From contig JAZPYW010000108.1 of NCBI GenBank assembly GCA_045544415.1, forward strand, positions 141-64,140: a DNA stretch of 64,000 nucleotides, in the 5' to 3' direction. Shown here piece after piece: positions 57,477-64,000 of the stretch. Below the pieces are notes generated by a model that was not told the origin of the DNA, did not search any database, and saw only the letters and a program-made list of their open reading frames with translations. Position 1 is the stretch's first letter. Every line of letters starts with the position of its first letter. The position numbers and the translations under genes were made by a program. This DNA comes from Erysipelotrichaceae bacterium. GTDB taxonomy: Bacteria > Bacillota_I > Bacilli_A > Erysipelotrichales > Erysipelotrichaceae.

Positions 57477-58832
57477 CTATTGTTTTTCAGTCTTCTCCTG
57501 ACGGCGGCGGTCTTCTTTCCATTTGCGGATCGCTTCATAGCGGTCTTTGAATTTCGACTCATTGCCCTGCGTTGTCGGATGGTAGTACTGTTTTCCTGCT
57601 AAAGTCGGCGGAAGGCATTCCATCGTTGTCAGTTTTTCCCTGTAATCGTGCGCATATTGATAGCCTTTTCCATAATTCAGTTCTTTCATAAGACGCGTTG
57701 GAGCGTTTCGAATGATCAATGGAACAGGTTCCGCAAGCATTCCCCGAGCGTCCGCTGCCGCTTCGGCATAGGCGACATCACAGGCGTTGGATTTCGGAGC
57801 TATGGACATGTAGATGACTGCTTCCGTAAGATGAACGGTACATTCCGGCATCCCGATAAAATGGCAGGCATGATAGGCATTGATAGCTACATTCAGCGCA
57901 TTGGTGTCCGCAAGGCCGATGTCTTCGGATGCGAATCTGGTGATCCTTCTGGCAACATAAAGAGGATCTTCCCCTGCTTCCAGCATACGGGCAAGCCAGT
58001 ATACAGCTGCATCCGGATCTGAATTGCGCATGGATTTGTGCAGCGCGGAAATGATATTGTAGTGTTCTTCTCCATCTTTATCGTAAAGCAGCGCCTTCTT
58101 GGATAAAGTATCTTCGATCATCTCCCGGCTGATATGGATGCATCCTTCTTTATCAGTCTCGCCGTTGATCACCAGCATATCCAGAGCTGTCAAAGCGCTC
58201 CGGGCATCGCCGTTAGCGTATTCGGCGATAAACATCAGATCTTCTTCACGGATCTCCACCTTTTCCCTGCCGAAACCTCTCGGATCTTTCAGAGCCCTCT
58301 CCAGCAGTTTTCTGATATCTTCTACGCTCAGCTCTTTTAATACGAAAACTCTGCAGCGTGACAGCAAGGCATTATTCACTTCAAAAGAAGGGTTTTCCGT
58401 CGTAGCTCCGATCAGGATGATAGATCCCTTTTCAACAAAAGGAAGGAAGGCATCCTGCTGCGCCTTATTGAAACGGTGTATCTCATCCACGAAGACGATC
58501 GTACGGATACCTAAAGCGCGGTTCTTGTCGGCATCCTCCATGACTTTGCGGATCTCTTTGATCCCGGATGTAACTGCGGAGAATGTGATAAATTCCGACT
58601 TGGTCTTTTCGGCGATGATACGGGCCAGCGTCGTTTTGCCGACACCCGGAGGACCCCAGAAGATCATAGAAGAGATGCGGTCGCTTTCGATGATCTTGCG
58701 CAATATCTTGCCTTCACCGATCAGATGCTCCTGTCCGGCGAATTCGGAAAGGTCACGCGGACGCATACGATATGCCAGTGGTTCGTTTACTTCATCTTCA
58801 AATAATGACGGCTGATCCGAGGGAAATCTCAT
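57477..58832 (-). CDS. rarA: Replication-associated recombination protein A (AAA+ ATPase)
   Basis: The ORF track begins at 58937. The ATG at 58832 (MRFPSDQPSLF) lies 6 nt after AAGGAGG. FWGPPGVGKTTLARIIA (Walker A), VFVDEIHRFNK (Walker B), MgsA C-terminal domain. Confidence 0.9.
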   Translation of the reverse strand: MRFPSDQPSLFEDEVNEPLAYRMRPRDLSEFAGQEHLIGEGKILRKIIESDRISSMIFWGPPGVGKTTLARIIAEKTKSEFITFSAVTSGIKEIRKVMEDADKNRALGIRTIVFVDEIHRFNKAQQDAFLPFVEKGSIILIGATTENPSFEVNNALLSRCRVFVLKELSVEDIRKLLERALKDPRGFGREKVEIREEDLMFIAEYANGDARSALTALDMLVINGETDKEGCIHISREMIEDTLSKKALLYDKDGEEHYNIISALHKSMRNSDPDAAVYWLARMLEAGEDPLYVARRITRFASEDIGLADTNALNVAINAYHACHFIGMPECTVHLTEAVIYMSIAPKSNACDVAYAEAAADARGMLAEPVPLIIRNAPTRLMKELNYGKGYQYAHDYREKLTTMECLPPTLAGKQYYHPTTQGNESKFKDRYEAIRKWKEDRRRQEKTEKQ

Positions 58833-58995
58833 AAACATCCTCCTTTCCGATGCTGTATAGCACTTCTTACTCTTTATTCTACTCTTAACTAGAATTTGAT
58901 TCAAGTTTCTGAACAGTCTTATTCCCGTCCCACTCATATGCCTCGATTGCTTATTTGTTGCTCATGCATCTTTTTCTATCTATAATATAAATAGT

Positions 58996-59125
58996 CAAAC
59001 TTTTAGGGCAGGGTGCAATTCCCGACCGGCGGTATACCCCGAGAACCGTGAGGAACGGTGGAATCAGTGAAATTCTGATGGCGACAGTAAAGTCTGGATG
59101 AAGAAAAAGTTTTTTCTTTTCCTGA
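58996..59125 (+). promoter_or_regulatory. FMN riboswitch (RFN element)
   Basis: TTAGGGCAGGGTGCAATTCCCGACCGGCGGTA...GGTGGAATCAGTGAAATTCTGATGGCGACAGTAAAGTCTGGATGAAGAA matches the conserved RFN core. A TATAAT lies at 58981. Upstream of a RibU-type transporter. Confidence 0.85.
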
Positions 59126-59163
59126 ATACCTTTGAAGTTTGCGATAGAAAGTCAGGTGAAAGA

Positions 59164-59763
59164 ATGAATTCCAATCGTCTTCTCAGTATCCGGAACATAT
59201 CCCGGATCGCCATTCTCTCCGCTATCGCCGTGATCCTCATGCTGGTAGATTTTCCGCTTCCGTTTATCGCTCCGCCTTTCTACAAGATCGATCTTTCCGA
59301 GATCCCGGTTCTGATCGGAGGCTTTGCGATGGGACCGATGGCCGCTGTATGCATCGAGGCGATGAAAGTCCTGCTGAATCTTCTCTTTAACGGTACGACG
59401 ACAGCGTACGTCGGAGAAGCAGCCAATTTCCTGATCGGTGTCTCTCTGGTGCTTCCGGCAGCGTACCTGTATAAAAAGGAAAAGACAAAGAAAGGCGCGA
59501 TCAAAGCCCTTCTCTGCGGTATCGTATCCATGGCCCTGGTCGGAGGACTTCTCAACTACTTTGTCCTTATACCGACTTATGTGAAGTTCTATCATCTGCC
59601 GCTGGAGACCCTGATCTCCATGGGCGCTGCGATCTTCCCGGTCGTTTCCAGCAAGTTCCTCTTCGTGCTCTGCTGCGTGCTGCCGTTCAATCTGCTGAAA
59701 GGAATCGCCGTATCGCTGGTCACTGCACTGGTATACAAGAGAGTATCTCCGTTGCTTCACTGA
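59164..59763 (+). CDS. ribU: Riboflavin transporter, ECF S-component RibU
   Basis: The ORF track begins at 59098, inside the riboswitch. The ATG at 59164 gives MNSNRLLSIRNISRIAILSAIAVILMLVDFPLPF. About 6 TM. Confidence 0.8.
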   Translation: MNSNRLLSIRNISRIAILSAIAVILMLVDFPLPFIAPPFYKIDLSEIPVLIGGFAMGPMAAVCIEAMKVLLNLLFNGTTTAYVGEAANFLIGVSLVLPAAYLYKKEKTKKGAIKALLCGIVSMALVGGLLNYFVLIPTYVKFYHLPLETLISMGAAIFPVVSSKFLFVLCCVLPFNLLKGIAVSLVTALVYKRVSPLLH

Positions 59764-59770
59764 ACTTCAG

Positions 59771-59795
59771 GCAGGTTCTCAGAACCTGCTTTTTA
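59771..59795 (+). terminator. Terminator after ribU
   Basis: GCAGGTT ctcag AACCTGC followed by TTTTTA. Confidence 0.7.
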
Positions 59796-59908
59796 CTTGC
59801 CTTCCGGAGGCGACAGTCCTGCCTTGCTCTGAAGACCGTTTCCGGGATGATTGCTTTCCTTTTACTTCTCAAAAGAAGTGTATATAATTTAGGGAAAGGA
59901 GGACGCTT

Positions 59909-60475
59909 ATGAACAAAACGATACGTATGATCACACTGACCGTCATGTTTGCGGCGATCAACTATATCGCATTTGCTTACGGGAAGATCTCTATTCCGAC
60001 ATCTCCTACCACCAGCACGGCGATCCATATCGCGAATGCTTTCGTCATCCTCTCCTCCTGGATCCTGGGCCCTGTCTACGGGGGTCTGTCCGGAGCGATC
60101 GGCCTCTCTCTGGCAGATTTCATGGATCCCCGCTATATCACATCCGCACCGAAGACCTTCCTGATGAAATTCATGATCGGTTTCATCGCCGGCACGATCG
60201 CCCGGAAACTGAAGCTCAGCGAACAGACCGATAAGAAAACGATCACCAGGATCACGCTGATCAGCGCTATCGCCGGACTCGGATTCAATGTTCTGATCGA
60301 TCCGATATTCGGCTATCTCTATAAAAAATATCTCCTCCGTCTCAGCATTGAAGCTGCTTCCATCCTTCTTGCCTGGAGCGCGGGAGTCACCTTCCTCAAT
60401 GCCGTCATCTGTGTCATCATCTCTGTGCTTCTGTACCGGGGCATGTACAAGCAGATAAGATCCCTCAAGATCTGA
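59909..60475 (+). CDS. ECF-transporter S-component-like membrane protein, substrate unknown
   Basis: 188 aa, 5-6 TM. ITLTVMFAAINYIAFAYGKISIP and the overall pattern resemble ThiT/QueT-type S components. Confidence 0.6.
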   Translation: MNKTIRMITLTVMFAAINYIAFAYGKISIPTSPTTSTAIHIANAFVILSSWILGPVYGGLSGAIGLSLADFMDPRYITSAPKTFLMKFMIGFIAGTIARKLKLSEQTDKKTITRITLISAIAGLGFNVLIDPIFGYLYKKYLLRLSIEAASILLAWSAGVTFLNAVICVIISVLLYRGMYKQIRSLKI

Positions 60476-60476
60476 G

Positions 60477-60507
60477 AACCGTATTTGTCCCGATACGGTT
60501 TTTTTAT
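60477..60507 (+). terminator. Terminator after the S-component gene
   Basis: AACCGTAT ttgtcccg ATACGGTT followed by TTTTTATT. Confidence 0.7.
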
Positions 60508-60519
60508 TACAATGAAATC

Positions 60520-62175
60520 ATGAAAGTCACAGTCAAAGGACCCGGCCTGAAAGAGACGGTCAAGGACTATCCGATCAATACGAGCGTTGAAACAGTCCTT
60601 TCCGATTTCCGGGAACAGCTGCCTTATCCGGTCTATTCCTGCAAACTGGATAATTCTTACAGGGCACTGACACACCTCATCACTCACGACTCCGAGATCG
60701 AATTTCTGGATATGCGCAATCAGGCTACCTGGCTCATCTACCAGAACTCTCTGATCCTCCTGTTTTCGAAGGCGATGCATGACATCTGCGGCAAAAACAA
60801 TCACATATCCGTACGAAATTCCCTGAACAAAGGTCTGTACATCACGACCACGAGGGAACTGTCCGAATCCGTTCTGGAAAAGATCGAAGAACGGATGAGA
60901 GAACTGGTCCGGGAAGACCTGCCGATCATCAAGCACTGGAATACCCAGAAGGAAGCGATGAAGATCGCCCGGAAACTGAAACAGAAAGAGACGTATGAGA
61001 TCATCCGTACGATGCCTTCTCTCGAAGACCTTTCCGTCTATTCGCTGGCGGATGAGACCCAGATCTTCTACTCCCTGATGGTCCCTTCGACATCCTATCT
61101 GGATATCTTCGATCTGAAGAAATTCAAACGGGGCTTCATCATCCGTTTCCCTCACCAGTCCGATCCGCTGAAACTGCAGCCGTACAAAGAAGAAAACATC
61201 CTCTACGATGCTTTCCGGCAGACCTACAACTGGGGCAAGATCATGGGCATCAAGTATGCCTCCGACCTCAACATCAAATCTTCCGAAGATCATGAAGACC
61301 TCTTCCTGCTGCAGGAAGCGCTGCATAATAAACGCATCGGCGAACTGACCGACGATATCATTTCCCGCAATGCCCGCATCGTCCTGATCTGCGGACCTTC
61401 CTCTTCCGGAAAGACGACTTTTGCGAAGAGACTCTGCATACAGCTGAGAGCCAGCGGAAAGAAGACCCTGTATCTCGGTACCGATGATTACTTCCACGAA
61501 AGAGAAGAGACACCGCTCGATGAGAACGGAGAAAAGGACTTCGAAAGCATCCGCGCTGTCGATACGAAGCTCTTTGTATCCCAGATGAATGATCTTCTGA
61601 ATGGAAAAGAGACCGATATCCCTACCTTCGACTTCGTCACCGGAAAGAAAGTATACGGAAAACGGGTGACCCGTATCGATGAAGAGACCCTCATCGTCAT
61701 CGAAGGCATACACGGACTCAATCCTCTGCTTACGGAAGGGATCGATGATTCCTGCAAATACAAGATCTACATCTCGCCGTTCTCGCCGATCTCTCTGGAC
61801 CGTATCAACCGTTTCCCTACGACAGATGCACGTATGCTGAGAAGACTCGTGCGCGATCACCAGTTCCGGGGACGCAGCGCCAAGACGACAATAGGTGACT
61901 GGCATAAGGTGAGAGCTGGAGAAGATGCCAATATCTTCCCGTTATCCTCTCAGGCAGATGCCTTCTTCAATTCCAACTGCATCTATGAACTTTCGGTACT
62001 GAAAAAGTATGCAGAACCGCTTTTGAAGCAGATCAACCGCGAGGAAGAAGAATATGCAGAAGCTCAGAGGATGCTGGGATATCTCCAGTTCATCAAGAGT
62101 ATCGAAGATGACGACCAGATCGTCAACAACTCCATCATCCGCGAATTCATCGGCGGATCTGCGATCGTAAAATAA
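60520..62175 (+). CDS. Uridine kinase/phosphoribulokinase-family P-loop kinase with N-terminal TGS/ThrRS-like domains
   Basis: 551 aa. LICGPSSSGKTTFAKRL (Walker A), VIEGIHGLNP. The about 280-aa N-terminal extension is common in clostridial udk-like proteins. Confidence 0.7.
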   Translation: MKVTVKGPGLKETVKDYPINTSVETVLSDFREQLPYPVYSCKLDNSYRALTHLITHDSEIEFLDMRNQATWLIYQNSLILLFSKAMHDICGKNNHISVRNSLNKGLYITTTRELSESVLEKIEERMRELVREDLPIIKHWNTQKEAMKIARKLKQKETYEIIRTMPSLEDLSVYSLADETQIFYSLMVPSTSYLDIFDLKKFKRGFIIRFPHQSDPLKLQPYKEENILYDAFRQTYNWGKIMGIKYASDLNIKSSEDHEDLFLLQEALHNKRIGELTDDIISRNARIVLICGPSSSGKTTFAKRLCIQLRASGKKTLYLGTDDYFHEREETPLDENGEKDFESIRAVDTKLFVSQMNDLLNGKETDIPTFDFVTGKKVYGKRVTRIDEETLIVIEGIHGLNPLLTEGIDDSCKYKIYISPFSPISLDRINRFPTTDARMLRRLVRDHQFRGRSAKTTIGDWHKVRAGEDANIFPLSSQADAFFNSNCIYELSVLKKYAEPLLKQINREEEEYAEAQRMLGYLQFIKSIEDDDQIVNNSIIREFIGGSAIVK

Positions 62176-62228
62176 AAAAGAGAAGAATGTTCTCTCAGGA
62201 GACTGTCATTATAAAAGGCAGTCTTTTT

Positions 62229-63140
62229 TTATCGGTCCTTCAGATAGCGGAATAAAGACGGATAAGGTCCTACCGCCAGGAAGGTCGCCAGGAAATAACG
62301 GAAGAAACGGATGAAGAATGCGGGGAACACTTCGCTTTCCAGGAACTCTTTCGGGAAAGGAAGTTTGATGAGGGCAGATACGCCTACGAGTACGATGATG
62401 CCTCCTGCAGTGCGTATAAAGGCCGCAAGCAGGTCTTTTGTATCCTTGAAGTTCACATACCTCTCTTCATAGAGATCCCCTGCCAGGAAGCCGGATAAGA
62501 GTCCTGCGGCCGAATAGTAGTCGCTGCTCCTGCAGAAAAAGAACCCGGAAAGAGAGATGATCCCGATCGCAAGATAGAGTTTCTTCTTCTCGACCTTTCC
62601 ATACAGTTTCGACAGAAGGAATACGATCAGAAGACCGGTCGTAAAACCGAAGAGCACATCCGTAGGATAATGTACACCGAGCGCAAAACGGGAAAAACCG
62701 ACCAGTGCGATCATGACGACCGCGAGGATCAGCAGTCCCTTCTTCTTCGTATACAGATATAACGAAGAAAACAATGCCGTCACATTGGAAGTATGAGCGC
62801 TCGGAAAAGAGAAACCCTGACCGTATACATCATCGACCGCAAACTCATCATCGACGACCTTGAGACATTCGATCTCATCGGAATCGAAATACGGTCTGCG
62901 CCTGGAGAACAGATTCTTGACCATCGTGCTGAAGGCAAGAGTCGTCAGCACATTCAGGATCAGATACTTTCCAAGTTTCTTATGAAAGCTCCAGTACAGC
63001 GCACCCGCAAAGAGAACGATGACGATCTCTTCGCCGAATTCGCTGATGAGGGAGAGAAGAAGCACCATAAAAGGATTCAGATGTCTCTGGATCATACTGA
63101 TCAGCTGTACTTCCCATTCAAAGTAAAAGGTCGTTCCCAT
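62229..63140 (-). CDS. PAP2-family membrane phosphatase
   Basis: 303 aa. KNLFSRRRPY, PSAH and SRFALGVHYPTDV form the three-part acid phosphatase motif. Confidence 0.8.
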   Translation of the reverse strand: MGTTFYFEWEVQLISMIQRHLNPFMVLLLSLISEFGEEIVIVLFAGALYWSFHKKLGKYLILNVLTTLAFSTMVKNLFSRRRPYFDSDEIECLKVVDDEFAVDDVYGQGFSFPSAHTSNVTALFSSLYLYTKKKGLLILAVVMIALVGFSRFALGVHYPTDVLFGFTTGLLIVFLLSKLYGKVEKKKLYLAIGIISLSGFFFCRSSDYYSAAGLLSGFLAGDLYEERYVNFKDTKDLLAAFIRTAGGIIVLVGVSALIKLPFPKEFLESEVFPAFFIRFFRYFLATFLAVGPYPSLFRYLKDR

Positions 63141-63848
63141 TTACTTCCCCTTGCGTTCCAGTAAGGCTTTATGAGTCACCTGATAGGAGTCTTCTTCAAA
63201 CGGGTATTCTACTTCTTTATATTGGAAATCCGGATCTTCTTTCTTTCCCAGAAGAGTCACGATCTTCTTCATGAAGGCCGGATTCTTGACCAGAACAGGT
63301 CCGATCACATGAGTACCGAAGAGATTCTTGTATTCGAAACCTTCATACTCATTGTCTTTCAGATTGGCATCCCGGAAGACATAGTCAAAGAGTTTTTCCT
63401 TCTCTCCTCCGGCGATGACCGAACACTTATTGATAAAACCGACGATATCTCCCATCTCTTCGTTATGGAGGATCACATCTCCGGTATAGCGGTCTTTCGT
63501 CAGGCCCGTATCAAAAGGAAGGAAGCCGAGAGTTTCTTTCGTATCGATCGTCCTGCCGAAGAGCTCCATCGCATTTCCGGTAGCTAAAAGGATGCCTTCT
63601 TCCTCGATATACATGCGGAGGTCCTTCTTGAATCTCAGGATGTCTTCACGTACCAGATCCTGTTTCTTCTCTGTTCCGGATCCGATGTAGATCATATCGT
63701 AGGATTCGATATTCACTTCTTCGTGGATCGTCTTTTTCTCGACCGTGACGTTCAGACCCTGGTCTTCCAGATGTCTTTTCAGTACTTCCAGATTGCCGTA
63801 ATCTCCATAGAGATTCATCAGGTCATAATACCAGTGCAGGATCTTCAT
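63141..63848 (-). CDS. gatD: GatD-like (CobQ-type) glutamine amidotransferase partner of MurT, lacking the nucleophile Cys
   Basis: 235 aa. LMNLYGDYGNL, FGTHVIGPVLVKNP (catalytic His region). The nucleophile elbow reads LLATGNAMELFG instead of xxCGGxQxLG. ATGA overlap with the murT-like gene. Confidence 0.7.
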   Translation of the reverse strand: MKILHWYYDLMNLYGDYGNLEVLKRHLEDQGLNVTVEKKTIHEEVNIESYDMIYIGSGTEKKQDLVREDILRFKKDLRMYIEEEGILLATGNAMELFGRTIDTKETLGFLPFDTGLTKDRYTGDVILHNEEMGDIVGFINKCSVIAGGEKEKLFDYVFRDANLKDNEYEGFEYKNLFGTHVIGPVLVKNPAFMKKIVTLLGKKEDPDFQYKEVEYPFEEDSYQVTHKALLERKGK

Positions 63849-64000
63849 CGTATCGCCTCCACTCTGCTCAGCAGCTTATCCTGATCCGAGAAACAGGTGA
63901 CCGCATAGATATGTCCAACCGCTTCTTTTTCCATATAGGAAAGAGCCTGCGGGATGTCTTTACTGATGTATACCTTAGAGAAGTCGATGCCGGCATAGCT
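63845..64000 (-). CDS. murT: MurT-like Mur ligase family protein, C-terminal fragment (cut by window edge)
   Basis: Hand translation: SYAGIDFSKVYISKDIPQALSYMEKEAVGHIYAVTCFSDQDKLLSRVEAIR*. Called mainly from translational coupling to the gatD-like gene. Confidence 0.55.
   Translation of the reverse strand, partial: SYAGIDFSKVYISKDIPQALSYMEKEAVGHIYAVTCFSDQDKLLSRVEAIR

Noticed and set aside
60319-61905. 528-aa minus-strand ORF
   Set aside because: It is antisense to the uridine-kinase-family gene, which has a clean Walker A and an upstream terminator/promoter context. Its translation is featureless.

Overview
Bacillota-type chromosomal segment. The backbone gene order is cysS-mrnC-rlmB-sigH ... 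rpmG-secE-nusG ... rplJ-rplL-methyltransferase-rpoB-rpoC, and nearly all genes are on the minus strand. All calls come from reading the supplied ORF translations and the raw sequence by eye. No database search, RNA folding or covariance model was run.

Layout:
- 1-5.4 kb: accessory patch with an HTH gene, split ChrA pair, HicAB-like and VapBC toxin-antitoxin modules, an orphan anaerobic-sulfatase-type radical SAM maturase and an AlbA_2/Schlafen-type ATPase.
- 5.5-23.2 kb: LicT-controlled beta-glucoside PTS locus with two GH1 6-phospho-beta-glucosidases, EIIBC, EIIA, three Cof-type HAD phosphatases and an SDR.
- 23-31.9 kb: housekeeping and miscellaneous genes (M48 peptidase, beta-carbonic anhydrase, Sel1 protein, YhhN, membrane alpha/beta hydrolase, GntR plus glycerate kinase).
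- 31.9-51.8 kb: rpoC/rpoB and the ribosomal/transcription cluster, with lineage-specific insertions.
- 51.9-64 kb: tRNA Asn-Glu-Lys, xpt, miaA, a stand-alone tRNA Ile-Ala pair, a TnpB (IS605-family) element with a structured omega-RNA-like tail, rarA, FMN riboswitch-ribU, a uridine-kinase-family protein, PAP2, and GatD/MurT.

Main candidate for something new: the PTS locus contains eight intact paralogs (336-358 aa) of a cytoplasmic protein family I cannot place in any characterised family. Six of them form an uninterrupted, translationally coupled tandem array between the two GH1 genes.

Other points worth a second look:
- A degenerate inverted tRNA-Ile look-alike at the TnpB right end.
- An intra-operon terminator with a RAT-like element.
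- rplK/rplA missing between nusG and rplJ.
- A GatD homolog without its Cys nucleophile.
- Several unexplained palindrome and repeat clusters.
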